A DNA stretch of 64,000 nucleotides from positions 25,675 to 89,674 of the forward strand of contig JAIXXL010000021.1 in NCBI GenBank assembly GCA_027490755.1. Reading direction: 5' to 3'. Each line of letters starts with the position of its first letter. The first letter of the stretch is position 1. Source of the DNA: Betaproteobacteria bacterium. Lineage in GTDB: Bacteria; Pseudomonadota; Gammaproteobacteria; Burkholderiales; UBA3065. Shown here one piece after another: positions 20,345 through 31,724 of the stretch. Position numbers and translations under genes: made by a program. The notes beneath the pieces were generated by a model. That model was not told where the DNA came from and did not search any database. It saw nothing but the letters and a program-made list of their open reading frames with translations.

Positions 20345-22816
20345 ATGAACGTCGACGATTTCGCCAAGGAACTGAACGTACCGGTCGCCCGGCTGCTGGA
20401 GCAGCTGACCTCGGCTGGCGTCAGCAAGTCCGGAGCCGCAGATGCCGTGAGCGCGGACGACAAGGCTGCGCTGCTGGCGTATCTGCACAAGCAGCACGGC
20501 AGCACTGGCGAGCGCCGCAAGATCACGCTGACCCGTCGGCAGACCACCGAGATCAAGCAGTCCGACAGCACCGGCAAGGCCCGCACCATCCAGGTCGAGG
20601 TCCGCAAGAAGCGGGTCTTCGTCAAGCGTGAGCCAGGTGCGCCGGAAGAGGTCGAGCAGACCCCGGCAGCCCGTGCCGAGGCGGAAGCCGAGCAGGTGCG
20701 CATCCGCGAAGAGGAGGCGCGCAAGCAGGCCGAGCTGATCGCCCGTCAGGCCGCCGAGATCAAGGAGAAGCAGGACCGCCAGGTGAAGCGCATGCAGGAG
20801 ATCGAGGCCGCCGCGGTCGCTGCCGCCGCCGCCTCCGGGTTGCCTGCTCCAGTGCCTGCCACCGAGGCCGTTCCGGCTCGCCCGAGCGAGAAGCCGGGAG
20901 AGAAGAAGAAGGGCGACCGTGGCTGGCAGGATCGCCAACCGGCGCGCCGCGGCGGCCTGCGCACGCGCGGTTCAACCGGCGGCGACGGCTGGCGCGACAA
21001 GCAGCGTCCGCGGCACCGCGACGACGGCGAGCACGGCTTCCAGGCGCCGACCGAACCGGTGGTGCGCGAGGTCCACGTGCCCGAGACCATCACCGTGGCC
21101 GATCTTGCGCACAAGATGTCGGTCAAGGCCATCGAGGTCATCAAGACCATGATGGGCATGGGCTCCATGGTCACCATCAACCAGATGCTCGACCAAGAGA
21201 CGGCGATGATCGTCGTCGAGGAGATGGGTCACAAGGCGGTGCCAGCCAAGCTGGACGACCCCGACGCATTCCTCGACACCGGCGTCGAGCACCACGATGC
21301 CGAGCAGCTTGCGCGGGCGCCCGTGGTCACCGTCATGGGCCACGTCGACCACGGCAAGACCTCGCTGCTCGACTACATCCGCCGCGCCAAGGTGGCTGCG
21401 GGCGAGGCTGGCGGCATCACCCAGCACATCGGCGCCTACCACGTCGAGACGCCGCGCGGCATGGTCACCTTCCTCGACACGCCGGGCCACGAGGCCTTCA
21501 CGGCGATGCGGGCGCGGGGTGCCAAGGCCACCGACATCGTCATCATCGTGGTGGCCGCCGACGACGGTGTCATGCCGCAGACGCGCGAGGCCATCAGCCA
21601 CGCCAAGGCTGCCGGTGTCCCGATCGTCGTCGCCATGAACAAGATCGACAAGTCGGGCGCCAACCCCGACCGCGTCAAGCAGGAGATGGTCGCAGAGGAG
21701 GTGTTGCCCGAGGAGTACGGTGGTGAAGTGCCGTTCGTTCCGGTCTCGGCAAAGACCGGCGAGGGCGTCGACGACCTGCTCGAGAACGTCCTGCTGCAGG
21801 CCGAGGTGCTGGAACTCAAGGCGCCGGTCGAATCGCCGGCCAAGGGTCTGGTGATCGAAGCCCGTCTGGACAAGGGCAAGGGCCCGGTTGCCACCGTCCT
21901 GGTGCAGTCGGGCACGCTCAAGCGTGGCGACATCATCCTCGCTGGCTCGGTGTTCGGCCGCATCCGCGCCATGACCGACGAAGCCGGCAAGGCCGTGCAG
22001 AGCGCAGGCCCCTCGATCCCGGTCGAGATCCAGGGTCTGCAGGACGTGCCGGCGGCTGGCGACGAGGCGCTGGTGCTCGGTGACGAGCGCAAGGCACGCG
22101 AGATCGCGCTGTTCCGCCAGGGCAAGTTCCGCGACGTCAAGCTCGCCAAGCAGCAGGCCGCCAAGCTCGAGAACATGCTGACGCAGATGACCGAGGGCGA
22201 GGTGCAGCAGCTGCCGCTGATCATCAAGGCCGACGTGCAGGGCTCGTTCGAAGGCTTGGCCCACGCGCTGCAGAAGCTGTCGACCGGCGAGGTGCAGGTC
22301 AAGATCGTGCACGCCGCGGTCGGTGCCATCACCGAGTCCGACATCAACCTGGCGATCGCCTCCAAGGCGGTGGTCATCGGCTTCAACGTGCGTGCCGACG
22401 GCGGCGCGCGCAAGGTCGCCGAAGACAACGGCATCGACCTGCGTTACTACAACATCATCTACGAGGCGGTGGATGAGGTGAAGGCTGCGCTGTCCGGCAT
22501 GCTCGCCCCCGAGAAGCGCGAGAGCGTGATCGGTCTGGTCGAGATCCGCGAGGTCTACCGCATCAGCAAGGTCGGTGCGGTGGCAGGTTGTTACGTGCTC
22601 GACGGCATCGTCAAGCGCGGCTCGCAGGTGCGGGTGCTGCGCAACAACGTGGTCGTGCACACCGGCGAACTCGACTCGCTCAAGCGCTTCAAGGACGACG
22701 TCAAAGAGGTCAAGGCCGGCTTCGAGTGCGGCCTCACCCTGCGCAACTTCAACGACATCGAACAGGGCGATCAGCTCGAGGTGTTCGAGATCGTCGAAGT
22801 CGCGCGCACGCTGTAA
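20345..22816 (+). CDS. infB: Translation initiation factor IF-2
   Basis: 823 aa, GTPase motifs '[14 protein letters not shown]', 'DTPGHEAF' and 'NKID'. It follows nusA. Confidence 0.95.
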   Translation: MNVDDFAKELNVPVARLLEQLTSAGVSKSGAADAVSADDKAALLAYLHKQHGSTGERRKITLTRRQTTEIKQSDSTGKARTIQVEVRKKRVFVKREPGAPEEVEQTPAARAEAEAEQVRIREEEARKQAELIARQAAEIKEKQDRQVKRMQEIEAAAVAAAAASGLPAPVPATEAVPARPSEKPGEKKKGDRGWQDRQPARRGGLRTRGSTGGDGWRDKQRPRHRDDGEHGFQAPTEPVVREVHVPETITVADLAHKMSVKAIEVIKTMMGMGSMVTINQMLDQETAMIVVEEMGHKAVPAKLDDPDAFLDTGVEHHDAEQLARAPVVTVMGHVDHGKTSLLDYIRRAKVAAGEAGGITQHIGAYHVETPRGMVTFLDTPGHEAFTAMRARGAKATDIVIIVVAADDGVMPQTREAISHAKAAGVPIVVAMNKIDKSGANPDRVKQEMVAEEVLPEEYGGEVPFVPVSAKTGEGVDDLLENVLLQAEVLELKAPVESPAKGLVIEARLDKGKGPVATVLVQSGTLKRGDIILAGSVFGRIRAMTDEAGKAVQSAGPSIPVEIQGLQDVPAAGDEALVLGDERKAREIALFRQGKFRDVKLAKQQAAKLENMLTQMTEGEVQQLPLIIKADVQGSFEGLAHALQKLSTGEVQVKIVHAAVGAITESDINLAIASKAVVIGFNVRADGGARKVAEDNGIDLRYYNIIYEAVDEVKAALSGMLAPEKRESVIGLVEIREVYRISKVGAVAGCYVLDGIVKRGSQVRVLRNNVVVHTGELDSLKRFKDDVKEVKAGFECGLTLRNFNDIEQGDQLEVFEIVEVARTL

Positions 22817-22825
22817 GGCGGGCGC

Positions 22826-23263
22826 TTGGCCGATAGCCGGGTCCAGCGCGTCGCCGACCAGCTGCAACGCGAGCTGGCGGAGATCATCCGCCTCGAGCTC
22901 AAGGACCCGCGCGCCGGCCTGATCACCGTCACGGGCCTGGACCTGACCTCCGACTTCGCCTACGCCAAGGTGTTCGTCTCGGTGTTCGGCGAGGCCGAGG
23001 CGCAGCAGGCCTCGCTCGCCGTGCTGCGGCGCGCTGCCGGTTTTCTGCGCAGCCAGCTGGCGCGCCGCATCAGCATCCACCAGACGCCGCAGCTGCGCTT
23101 CCTGCTCGACGAGTCGATCGAGCGCGGCTCGCGGCTTTCTGCGTTGATCGACAAGGCGGTCGCCGAGGACCGCGCGCACCCTGCGGAACCCGCGGCAGAC
23201 AGCGCCCCGGCCCCTGGCGGCGCTGCCAAGCCGGCACGCCGCAAGAGCGGCGCCGGCACTTGA
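22826..23263 (+). CDS. rbfA: Ribosome-binding factor A
   Basis: 'RVQRVADQLQRELAEIIRLELKDPR...ITVTGLDLTSDFAYAKVFVS'. TTG start at 22826. C-terminal Ala/Pro-rich tail. Confidence 0.85.
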   Translation: MADSRVQRVADQLQRELAEIIRLELKDPRAGLITVTGLDLTSDFAYAKVFVSVFGEAEAQQASLAVLRRAAGFLRSQLARRISIHQTPQLRFLLDESIERGSRLSALIDKAVAEDRAHPAEPAADSAPAPGGAAKPARRKSGAGT

Positions 23264-24174
23264 CGACGCGCTCGCGCTGGCGGGCGGTCGACGGTCTGCT
23301 GCTGCTCGACAAGCCCTCTGGCATCACCTCCACCGCCGCCCTGCAACGCGCCCGCCGTGTGCTGCAGGCGGAGAAGGCGGGCCACACCGGCACCCTCGAC
23401 CCGCTGGCCAGCGGCCTGTTACCACTGTGCTTCGGGCAAGCCACCAAGTTCGCGCGCTTCCTGCTCGACGCCGACAAGCGCTACACCGCGACCCTGCGCT
23501 TTGGCCTGACCACCACCACCGGTGACGCCGATGGCGAGCCGCTGCGGCAACGTCCGGTGGCGGTCGACGAGCCCGCCCTGCGCGCGGCGCTGGCGCGCTT
23601 CACCGGCGACATCGAGCAGGTGCCGCCGATGTACTCGGCGCTCAAGCGCGACGGCCGCCCCCTTTACGAATACGCGCGCGCCGGCATCGAGCTCGAGCGC
23701 GCGTCGCGGCCCGTGACTATCCACGCCATCGATCTGCTCTCTTTCGATGGGCAGGAGGCGGTGATCGACGTCACCTGCAGCAAGGGCACCTACATCCGCG
23801 TGCTGGCCGAGGACATCGGCGAGGCGTTGGATTGTGGCGCGCACCTGGGCGGGCTGCGGCGCACCGCGAGCTCCGGCTGGATCCTGGCGCAGGCGGTGGC
23901 GCTGGCCGACCTCGAGGCGCTGGCCGCAGACGCGGCCGAGGCCACGCTGCTCCACCCGCGGCAGATGGTCGCGCACCTGCCGCTGCTGCGCCTGCCGGAT
24001 ACGCAGCTGGCGCAGCGCTTTGCCTGGGGCCAGCGCCTTGTGCTCGACGCCCCGGCCAGCGGCCCGCTGGCGGTGTGGGGCCCCGGCGATGCCGATGCCG
24101 ACTTTCTTGGCGTGGCGGAGGCCGACGCCGAGGGCGTGCTGCAGCCGTTGCGGCTGATGTCGTCTGTGGTTTGA
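23260..24174 (+). CDS. truB: tRNA pseudouridine(55) synthase TruB
   Basis: 'GLLLLDKPSGITS...KAGHTGTLDPLASGLLPLCFG' with the catalytic Asp block. TTG start overlaps the rbfA stop (ttga). Confidence 0.9.
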   Translation: MTTRSRWRAVDGLLLLDKPSGITSTAALQRARRVLQAEKAGHTGTLDPLASGLLPLCFGQATKFARFLLDADKRYTATLRFGLTTTTGDADGEPLRQRPVAVDEPALRAALARFTGDIEQVPPMYSALKRDGRPLYEYARAGIELERASRPVTIHAIDLLSFDGQEAVIDVTCSKGTYIRVLAEDIGEALDCGAHLGGLRRTASSGWILAQAVALADLEALAADAAEATLLHPRQMVAHLPLLRLPDTQLAQRFAWGQRLVLDAPASGPLAVWGPGDADADFLGVAEADAEGVLQPLRLMSSVV

Positions 24175-24311
24175 GGCGCCGCGCTTGCGGCAGCCTGCAT
24201 TTGCGCCGCGTCCGCCGCTTCTGGTAGACACCACTTGAGGATTGCGCCCCGGCCGAGTTACAATCTTGGTTTATCTGAACCGGGCATGCCCCGTCACACG
24301 GAACCCAGAAC

Positions 24312-24581
24312 ATGGCAGTCAGTACCCAGCAGAAGGCCGAGATCGTCGGCCAGCACAAGCAAAGCACCGCCGACACCGGCTCGCCGGAAGTCCAGGTCGC
24401 CCTGCTCACCGCCCGTATCAACGACCTCACCGGTCACTTCAAGGCCAACGCCAAGGACCACCACTCGCGTCGTGGCCTGCTGAAGATGGTCAGCCGTCGT
24501 CGCAAGATGCTCGACTACCTGAAGAGCCGTAGCAATGATCGCTACAAGGCCCTGATCGAGCGCCTCGGTCTGCGCAAGTAA
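24312..24581 (+). CDS. rpsO: 30S ribosomal protein S15
   Basis: 89 aa, '[49 protein letters not shown]'. Confidence 0.95.
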   Translation: MAVSTQQKAEIVGQHKQSTADTGSPEVQVALLTARINDLTGHFKANAKDHHSRRGLLKMVSRRRKMLDYLKSRSNDRYKALIERLGLRK

Positions 24582-24600
24582 TCGTTTTTGTTGTCTCGCT

Positions 24601-24652
24601 GACGCGGGCGCCGGTCGCAAACCATCGCGACAACCGGCCCCGCGTTTTTGTT
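24601..24652 (+). terminator. rpsO terminator / pnp leader hairpin
   Basis: Long imperfect hairpin 'gacgcgggcgccggtcgc...gcgacaaccggccccgcgt' followed by 'ttttgtttg'. It lies in the rpsO-pnp spacer, where such a structure is expected. Confidence 0.5.
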
Positions 24653-24748
24653 TGTCTGTCGCAAGCCGTTCAGTTACAGCCGTCAAAGGTTCAGGGCTGA
24701 GGTCGGAAGCATGGTGTCAGCCCGCGGCTATTCAATGTTGAGGAAATC

Positions 24749-26854
24749 GTGACCATTACCCGCAAAAGCATCCCATTCGGTCAGCAGACGCTGACCATCG
24801 AGACCGGCGAAGTCGCCCGTCAGTCCCACGGTTCCGTGATGGTCAGCCTGGACGACACCGTCGTGCTGGTGACCGCGGTCGGCCGCAAGGACATCAAGCC
24901 CGGCCAGGACTTCTTTCCCCTGACCGTCGACTACCAGGAAAAGACCTACGCCGCCGGCAAGATCCCGGGCGGCTTCTTCAAGCGTGAGGGCAAGCCCTCC
25001 GAGAAGGAGACGCTCACCAGCCGCCTGATCGACCGCCCGATCCGCCCGCTCTTTCCCGAGGGTTTCTTCAACGAGGTGCAGATCATCGCCACCGTGTTGT
25101 CGATCGACCCCGAGATCGATTCCGACATCCCCGCCGTGATCGGCGCATCGGCAGCGCTGGCGCTGTCGGGCATGCCCTTCAATGGCCCGATCGGTGCCGC
25201 TCGCGTGGGCTACCTGGATGGCGAGTACGTGCTCAACCCGACCAAGACCCAGCTTGAGACCTCCGAGCTGAACCTGGTCGTTGCCGGCACCACCGATGGC
25301 GTGCTGATGGTCGAGTCGGAAGCCATGCAGCTGCCCGAAGACGTCATGCTCGGCGCCGTGGTCTACGGCCACGAGCAGATGCAGGCGGTCATCCAGATGA
25401 TCAACGAACTGGCTGACGAGGCCGGCAAGGAAGCCTGGGACTGGACCCCGCCCCCGGTCGACGAGGCGATGGTCGCCAAGATCGCCGAGGTCGCCGAGAA
25501 GGACCTCAACGAAGCCTTCCGCATCAAGAGCAAGTCGGAGCGCAGTGGCCGCATCAGCGAGATCAAGAAGGCGGTCATGGCCGCCGTGCTGCCCGAGGGC
25601 GCCGACACCATGACCGTGAATACTGCGAATGGCGCGTTCAAGGACCTCGAGTCGAAGATCGTGCGCAACCAGATCCTGTCTGGCGAGCCGCGTATCGACG
25701 GTCGCGACACCCGCACCATCCGCCCGATCAGCATCCGCACCAGCGTGCTGCCGCGCACCCACGGTTCGGCGCTGTTCACCCGCGGTGAGACGCAGTCGCT
25801 GGCGGTGGCCACGCTGGGTACCGCGCGCGACGAGCAGATCATCGACGCGCTGCAGGGCGAGTACCACGACCGCTTCATGCTGCACTACAACATGCCCCCG
25901 TATGCCACCGGCGAGACCGGCCGCGTCGGCGTGCCCAAGCGCCGCGAGATCGGTCACGGCCGTCTGGCCAAGCGCTCGCTGATCGCTGTGCTGCCGAGCG
26001 CGGAGGAGTGCCCGTACGCCATGCGCGTGGTCTCCGAGATCACCGAGTCCAACGGTTCGTCGTCGATGGCCTCTGTCTGCGCCGGCTGCTTGGCGCTGAT
26101 GGACGCCGGCGTGCCGATGAAGGCGCACGTCGCCGGCATCGCCATGGGCCTGATCAAGGACGGCAAGCGCTTCGCGGTGCTGTCCGACATCCTCGGTGAC
26201 GAGGACCACCTGGGCGACATGGACTTCAAGGTCGCGGGCACCGAGAACGGCATCACCGCGCTGCAGATGGACCTCAAGATTGACTCGATCTCGCCGGCGA
26301 TCATGCAGAAGGCGCTGGACCAGGCGCGCGAAGGCCGCCTGCACATCCTCGGCCTGATGAAGGGTGCGCTCGACACCGCCCGTGACGACGTCTCGACCTA
26401 CGCGCCGCGCATGATCACCATCAAGATCAACCCGGAGAAGATCCGCGATGTCATCGGCAAGGGCGGTGCAGTCATCCGCGCCCTCACCGAGGAGACCAAG
26501 GCCACCATCGACATCCAGGACGACGGCACCGTCACCCTGGCCTCTGCCGTGCCGGGCGCCGTCGACGAGGCCCGCCGCCGCATCGAGGAGATCACCGCCG
26601 AGGTCGAGGTGGGCAAGGTCTACGAGGGTCCGGTGGTCAAGATCCTCGACTTCGGCGCGCTGATCAACGTGCTGCCGGGCAAGGACGGCCTGCTGCACAT
26701 CAGCCAGATCGCCAACGAGCGCGTCAATGCCGTCACCGACTACCTCAAGGAAGGTCAGGTGGTGCGCGTCAAGGTGCTCGAGGCCGACGAGAAGGGCCGT
26801 ATGCGTCTGTCGATGAAGGCGCTGCTCAGCGAGCAGGCTCCGGCCGGCGAATAA
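24749..26854 (+). CDS. pnp: Polyribonucleotide nucleotidyltransferase (PNPase)
   Basis: 701 aa, GTG start, '[27 protein letters not shown]', KH '[15 protein letters not shown]', S1 '[20 protein letters not shown]'. Confidence 0.95.
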   Translation: MTITRKSIPFGQQTLTIETGEVARQSHGSVMVSLDDTVVLVTAVGRKDIKPGQDFFPLTVDYQEKTYAAGKIPGGFFKREGKPSEKETLTSRLIDRPIRPLFPEGFFNEVQIIATVLSIDPEIDSDIPAVIGASAALALSGMPFNGPIGAARVGYLDGEYVLNPTKTQLETSELNLVVAGTTDGVLMVESEAMQLPEDVMLGAVVYGHEQMQAVIQMINELADEAGKEAWDWTPPPVDEAMVAKIAEVAEKDLNEAFRIKSKSERSGRISEIKKAVMAAVLPEGADTMTVNTANGAFKDLESKIVRNQILSGEPRIDGRDTRTIRPISIRTSVLPRTHGSALFTRGETQSLAVATLGTARDEQIIDALQGEYHDRFMLHYNMPPYATGETGRVGVPKRREIGHGRLAKRSLIAVLPSAEECPYAMRVVSEITESNGSSSMASVCAGCLALMDAGVPMKAHVAGIAMGLIKDGKRFAVLSDILGDEDHLGDMDFKVAGTENGITALQMDLKIDSISPAIMQKALDQAREGRLHILGLMKGALDTARDDVSTYAPRMITIKINPEKIRDVIGKGGAVIRALTEETKATIDIQDDGTVTLASAVPGAVDEARRRIEEITAEVEVGKVYEGPVVKILDFGALINVLPGKDGLLHISQIANERVNAVTDYLKEGQVVRVKVLEADEKGRMRLSMKALLSEQAPAGE

Positions 26855-26920
26855 GCCGCGCGGCTCGGCGAGGGCGGCTGCGGCCGCTCTGCCGGCCGTG
26901 TTGGGCGCAGCAACAAAAAA

Positions 26921-26946
26921 GCGAGGCTCCGGCCTCGCTTTTTTGT
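26921..26946. terminator. Bidirectional rho-independent terminator (pnp / dksA convergent)
   Basis: 'aaaaaagcgaggctccggcctcgctttttt': a GC hairpin flanked by an A-run and a T-run. Confidence 0.7.
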
Positions 26947-27035
26947 TGGTCAGGGGCACCGTCGCCGGGCCTGCCCTGTTCACCTGTCCCGCTGCTGCCC
27001 CGTGGCCTGTCGCCCACGGGAACGGCCGCCTGCGA

Positions 27036-27452
27036 CTAGCGAGCGACTTGGCGCTCGCGCATCTCGTCGAGCTCCTTGCAGTCGATGCACAGGGTGGCGG
27101 TGGGCCGTGCCTCGAGCCGCTTCAGACCGATCTCCACGCCGCACTTGTCGCAGAAGCCGTAGTCGTCGTCGTCGATGCGGCCGATCGTCTCGTCGATCTT
27201 TTTGATCAGCTTGCGCTCGCGGTCGCGGTTGCGCAGTTCAAGCGCCATGTCGGATTCCTGGCTGGCGCGGTCGTTGGGGTCGGCGAACACGGTGGCCTCG
27301 TCCTGCATGGTGTGTACCGTGCGGTCGATGTCCTGGCTGAGTTCTTTGCGCGTCTCTTCGAGGATGCGGCGGAAGTGGGCTAGCTGATTGGCGTTCATGT
27401 ACTCCTCGCCAGCTGCCGGCTCGTAAGGCGTGAAATGCTTCTGGGTGTCCAC
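27036..27452 (-). CDS. dksA: RNA polymerase-binding transcription factor DksA
   Basis: 138 aa, coiled-coil 'DPNDRASQESDMALELRNRDRERKLIKKI', C4 zinc finger 'CDKCGVEIGLKRLEARPTATLCIDCK'. Confidence 0.9.
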   Translation of the reverse strand: MDTQKHFTPYEPAAGEEYMNANQLAHFRRILEETRKELSQDIDRTVHTMQDEATVFADPNDRASQESDMALELRNRDRERKLIKKIDETIGRIDDDDYGFCDKCGVEIGLKRLEARPTATLCIDCKELDEMRERQVAR

Positions 27453-27617
27453 TGCAGTCTCCGTGGGAAGTGCTCGTTATCGTGGCCCCCAAGCATTCCC
27501 AGTCAGGGGGCGAGCGCTTAGATAACAGAATAGCCGGATGTCGGCAACCGCCATTTGACCGCGCTCAGTTTGTCGCGGCTTGCGGCGGTCCATATCGAAC
27601 ATGATTCATGGCAGCGC

Positions 27618-27646
27618 TTGAGCAAGCCGACCTTTCGGGCTATCAT
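27618..27646 (+). promoter_or_regulatory. Candidate sigma-70 promoter of rpmB-rpmG
   Basis: 'TTGAGC'-N17-'TATCAT' (27618-27623 / 27641-27646), 30 nt upstream of the rpmB ATG. Confidence 0.45.
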
Positions 27647-27675
27647 CTCTGGCTTTCGTGTTCTCGGAGACCGCC

Positions 27676-27912
27676 ATGTCGCGCGTCTGCATCGTTACCG
27701 GCAAGAAGCCGATGGTTGGCAACAACGTTTCGCACGCCAACAACAAGACCAAGCGCCGTTTTCTGCCCAACCTCCAGTACCGTCGTTTCTGGTCGGAGAC
27801 CGAGAACCGCTGGGTCAGCATGCGCCTGTCCAACGCCGGCCTTCGTCTGATCGACAAGAAGGGCCTGGACGTCGTTGTTGCAGAGCTGCGCGCTCGCGGC
27901 GAGAAGGTCTGA
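27676..27912 (+). CDS. rpmB: 50S ribosomal protein L28
   Basis: Start at ATG 27676: '[34 protein letters not shown]'. Confidence 0.95.
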   Translation: MSRVCIVTGKKPMVGNNVSHANNKTKRRFLPNLQYRRFWSETENRWVSMRLSNAGLRLIDKKGLDVVVAELRARGEKV

Positions 27913-27922
27913 GGGTCCGATC

Positions 27923-28078
27923 ATGCGCGACAAGATCAAGCTCGAATCGACCGCCGGCACCGGCCATTTCTACACCACCACCAAGAACAAGAAGACCACG
28001 CCGGACAAGCTCGAGATCAAGAAATTCGATCCGAAGGCTCGCAAGCACGTGACCTACAAGGAAACCAAGCTCAAGTAA
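27923..28078 (+). CDS. rpmG: 50S ribosomal protein L33
   Basis: Start at ATG 27923: '[37 protein letters not shown]'. Confidence 0.95.
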   Translation: MRDKIKLESTAGTGHFYTTTKNKKTTPDKLEIKKFDPKARKHVTYKETKLK

Positions 28079-28160
28079 GGTCTGCCGTCACAGGGTTGGC
28101 TCAGGCCACCTCGGACCACTTGAAGCCGCCGCTCGGATGACCTCCGCGCTGGACAGAAAG

Positions 28161-28194
28161 GGCGTCGGGACAACAGTCCCGGCGCCTTTTTGTT
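28161..28194 (+). terminator. Rho-independent terminator after rpmG
   Basis: Hairpin 'ggcgtcgggacaacagtcccggcgcc' followed by 'tttttgttt'. Confidence 0.65.
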
Positions 28195-29245
28195 TGCCCG
28201 ACGCGGGGCCGGGGGCGTGATGCCGGCTCTGCCCGTCTGGCTTGTTCCGGCCATTGCCGCCGCGGTGCTGCTGCACCTGCTGGGCGATGTTCTGGTGCCG
28301 TTCGCCCTGGCCGGTGTGCTGGCCTACATCTTCGAGCCGCTGGTGCTCTGGCTGCACGCGCGCCGCGTCCCGCGTGGCGCGGCAGCGGCGCTGGTGCTGC
28401 TGCTTCTGGTGGCGCTGCTGGCCGGGCTGGTGCTGCTGATCCTGCCACTGCTGCTGGCGCAGACGGCCGCCCTTGCCGAGCGGGTGCCGCAGATGATCGC
28501 GCTGTTGCACGAGCGCCTGCCGGAGCTGCTGCACCACTACGGCATCGACGGCGATCCGGTGACCGACCTGCAGGGTCTGGCAAGACGTCACGCTGGTGAG
28601 GTGTCGGGCTGGCTGCGCAGCGGTCTGCTGCGCGCCGGGCAGGGTGGCGCGGCGCTGGCCGGCACGCTCGGCATGCTGGTGCTGTTCCCGGTGGTCCTGT
28701 TCTACGCCCTGCGCGACCTGCCAAGCATCGGCCCGGCGCTGCTCGGGCTGTGCCCGCCCAACATCCGCGGCACCGTGGCCACGCTGGCGGCCGATGCCGA
28801 CGCGGTGCTGGGCGAGTTCGTGCGCGGGCAACTGGCGGTGATGCTGACCATGGCGGTGGTCTACTCGGTCGCGCTCGGCCTGCTGAACGTGCCGCACGCG
28901 CTGTCGATCGGCGTGCTGGCCGGCATCCTCACCTTCGTGCCGATGCTGGGCGTGGTCGGTGGTGCGCTGCTCGCCCTGGGTGCGGCCGCTCTGCTGCCGG
29001 GCGAGCCGACGCCACTGTGGGCCATCGTGCTGCTGTTCGCCGGCGGCAACCTGCTGGAGAACTTTGTCGTGACGCCGTGGCTGGTGGGCGAGCGCATCGG
29101 CCTGCATCCACTCACGGTCATCTTCGCGCTGCTCGCCTTCGGGCAGCTGTTCGGCTTCAGCGGCGTGCTGGTGGCGCTGCCGGCGACCGCCGTGATGCAG
29201 GCCTGGCTGGCGCGCTGGCAAGCCACCCATGCGGGGGCCGGCTAG
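28190..29245 (+). CDS. AI-2E family transporter (PerM-like permease)
   Basis: 351-aa polytopic ORF, 'FVRGQLAVMLTMAVVYSVALGLLNVPHALSIGVLAGILTFVPMLG' and 'LENFVVTPWLVGERIGLHPL' are typical of the family. The start may be slightly downstream. Confidence 0.75.
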   Translation: MFARRGAGGVMPALPVWLVPAIAAAVLLHLLGDVLVPFALAGVLAYIFEPLVLWLHARRVPRGAAAALVLLLLVALLAGLVLLILPLLLAQTAALAERVPQMIALLHERLPELLHHYGIDGDPVTDLQGLARRHAGEVSGWLRSGLLRAGQGGAALAGTLGMLVLFPVVLFYALRDLPSIGPALLGLCPPNIRGTVATLAADADAVLGEFVRGQLAVMLTMAVVYSVALGLLNVPHALSIGVLAGILTFVPMLGVVGGALLALGAAALLPGEPTPLWAIVLLFAGGNLLENFVVTPWLVGERIGLHPLTVIFALLAFGQLFGFSGVLVALPATAVMQAWLARWQATHAGAG

Positions 29246-29787
29246 CCGCGCGGCGGTGTCCGTTCGATCTGGCCGACGTGCAGGCCAAAGTCACCGCCGC
29301 GGCGGTCCTCGAAGAAATGTTCGAGCGTGCGGCGGATGGTGCTGAAGGCCAGCTCGTCCCAGGGGATGTCGGCCTCGTCGAACAGAGCCACCTCAAGGCT
29401 CTCGACGCCGGCAGCGAAGACCGGCTCTGGCAGGGTGGCGCGGAACATCATGTAGATCTGGTTGGCGTGGACGATGCTCAGCACGGTGTAGAGCCCGTCG
29501 ATCTGCACTGTCGCGCCGGCCTCTTCCTGCGTCTCGCGCAAAGCCCCGTTCTCGAGTGTCTCGCCGCACTCCAGGAAGCCGGCCGGCAGGGTCCACTTGC
29601 CGTAGCGCGGCTCGATGGCGCGCCGGCACAGCAGCACCTGGTCGCCGATCACCGGCAGGCAGCCGACCACCACCTTCGGGTTGACGTAGTGGATCTCGCC
29701 GCAGGCGCTGCAGACATGGCGGGGCCGGTTGTCGTCATCCGGGATACGGAGGGCGACCGGCGCGGCGCATAGGGTGCAATAGTTCAA
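29242..29787 (-). CDS. NUDIX hydrolase with N-terminal zinc ribbon
   Basis: 'YCTLCAAPV...HVCSACGEIHYVNPK' followed by Nudix box 'GFLECGETLENGALRETQEEAGA'. Confidence 0.8.
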   Translation of the reverse strand: MNYCTLCAAPVALRIPDDDNRPRHVCSACGEIHYVNPKVVVGCLPVIGDQVLLCRRAIEPRYGKWTLPAGFLECGETLENGALRETQEEAGATVQIDGLYTVLSIVHANQIYMMFRATLPEPVFAAGVESLEVALFDEADIPWDELAFSTIRRTLEHFFEDRRGGDFGLHVGQIERTPPRG

Positions 29788-29924
29788 GAATCAGACCTCT
29801 TTCAGGGGCCAAGTTAGCAGAAAGCCATGTCGGCGGTAAGGCTAGAATGCGGGTCAATCGCCGGCCCGTGGGTCGGTCCCGCCAGACTGCTGGCTAGCCT
29901 CGATACGGTTCGTCCGCCCCTCGC

Positions 29925-31724
29925 GTGAGCAAGCCCCCGTCAGCCCCACCGGCGCCCGCCGCCAACTTCATCCGCAACATCATCGAGGCCGACCTCGCCG
30001 CCGGCGCTTATGCCGCGCGCCGCTGGTCGGGCAAGCCCGGCACCGCCGTGCAGCAGCAGGCCGGCGCGCCCGATCCGGCGAAGATCCGCACACGCTTTCC
30101 GCCCGAGCCCAATGGCTACCTGCACTACGGACACGCCAAGAGCATCTGCCTCAATTTTGGCTTGGCGCGCGACTTTGGCGGCGTGTGCCACATGCGCTTC
30201 GACGACACCAACCCCACCCGCGAGGAGCAGGAGTACGTCGACGGCATTCTGGAAGCGGTGCAGTGGCTCGGCTTCGGCTGGGACGCGTTCGGCGCCTCGC
30301 ACCAGTATTTCGCCAGCGACTACTTCGGCTGGCTCTACGAATTCGCCGAGAAGTTGATCGAGAGCGGTGCCGCCTACGTCGACAGCCAGAGCGCGGACGA
30401 GATGCGCACCCGCCGCGGCACGCTGACGCAGGTGGGCGAGGACTCGCCGTTCCGTGGCCGCAGCGTCGCCGAGAATCTGGACCTGTTCCGCCGCATGAAG
30501 GCTGGCGAGTTCGCCGATGGGGCGCACGTGCTGCGCCTCAAGATCGACATGCAGAGCCCCAACATCAACCTGCGCGACCCGGTGGCCTACCGCATCCGCC
30601 ACGCGCACCACCATCGTACGGGCGACGCCTGGTGCATCTACCCGATGTACGACTACACCCACGGTGTGTCGGACGCGCTGGAGAACGTGACCCACAGCAT
30701 CTGCACGCTCGAGTTCGAGGACCACCGCCCGCTCTACGACTGGCTCAACGAAAAGCTTGCCGCACTGGGTCTGCTCAACACGCCGCTGCCGCGCCAGTAC
30801 GAGTTCAGCCGCCTCAACCTGAGCTATGTCGTGCTCTCCAAACGCAAGCTGATCCAGCTGGTGGAGGAGGGCCATGTGGCCGGCTGGGACGACCCGCGCC
30901 TGCCGACGCTGGTGGGCGCGCGCCGACGCGGCTTTACGGCCGAGGGCTTCCGCCTGTTCGCCGACCGCATCGGCGTGAGCAAGTCCGACAGCTGGATCGA
31001 CATGAGCGTGCTCGAGGAGTGCATGCGCGAGCACCTCAACGAGGCCGCCGAGCGTCGCGTGGCGGTGCTCGACCCGCTCAAGCTGGTCATCACCAACTTT
31101 CCCGAGGGCGCGGTCGAGACCTGCCACGCGCCCAACCACCCGCTTCACCCCGAACTGGGCAAGCGCGACATGCCCTTCACACGTGAGCTGTGGATCGAGC
31201 GCGAGGACTTTCAGGAGGTGCCGGAGAAGGGCTTCCACCGCCTGTACCCGGGCAACACGGTGCGGTTGCGCTACGGGTTCGTGGTGACCTGCACCGGCTG
31301 CGAGAAGGATGCGGCCGGCAACGTGACCGCGGTGCACGCCGAGTACTTTGCCGATTCCAAGTCCGGCACCCCCGGTGCCGACAACTACAAGACCAAGGGC
31401 AACCTGCACTGGGTCTCGGTGGCGCATGCGTATGCGGCCACCGTGCGGCTGTATGACCGCCTGTTCGCGCACCCCAACCCGGGCGCGCGGCGTGAGGGCG
31501 ACGCGCCGGACGCGGAACGTGATTTCCTCGAGGACATCAACCCGGACTCGCTGCGTGTGATCAGCGCCCAGCTGGAGCCGTCACTGCGCGATGCCGCGCC
31601 CGAGCAGCGCTTTCAGTTCGAGCGGCATGGTTACTTCGTGGCCGACCGCCACGACAGCCAGCCGGGCGAGCCGGTGTTCAACCGGGCAGTGACGCTGAAG
31701 GACGGTTGGGCGCAACGCAGCTAG
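29925..31724 (+). CDS. glnS: Glutaminyl-tRNA synthetase
   Basis: GTG start. 'RFPPEPNGYLHYGHAKS' (HIGH region), 'VLSKRKL' (KMSKS-like), GlnRS-type C-terminal anticodon-binding region. Confidence 0.9.
   Translation: MSKPPSAPPAPAANFIRNIIEADLAAGAYAARRWSGKPGTAVQQQAGAPDPAKIRTRFPPEPNGYLHYGHAKSICLNFGLARDFGGVCHMRFDDTNPTREEQEYVDGILEAVQWLGFGWDAFGASHQYFASDYFGWLYEFAEKLIESGAAYVDSQSADEMRTRRGTLTQVGEDSPFRGRSVAENLDLFRRMKAGEFADGAHVLRLKIDMQSPNINLRDPVAYRIRHAHHHRTGDAWCIYPMYDYTHGVSDALENVTHSICTLEFEDHRPLYDWLNEKLAALGLLNTPLPRQYEFSRLNLSYVVLSKRKLIQLVEEGHVAGWDDPRLPTLVGARRRGFTAEGFRLFADRIGVSKSDSWIDMSVLEECMREHLNEAAERRVAVLDPLKLVITNFPEGAVETCHAPNHPLHPELGKRDMPFTRELWIEREDFQEVPEKGFHRLYPGNTVRLRYGFVVTCTGCEKDAAGNVTAVHAEYFADSKSGTPGADNYKTKGNLHWVSVAHAYAATVRLYDRLFAHPNPGARREGDAPDAERDFLEDINPDSLRVISAQLEPSLRDAAPEQRFQFERHGYFVADRHDSQPGEPVFNRAVTLKDGWAQRS

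Noticed and set aside
20972-23179. 735-aa minus-strand ORF opposite infB/rbfA
   Set aside because: infB and rbfA on the plus strand are unambiguous, so this is a shadow ORF.
24728-26983. 751-aa minus-strand ORF opposite pnp
   Set aside because: pnp on the plus strand is unambiguous, and the antisense translation is low-complexity.
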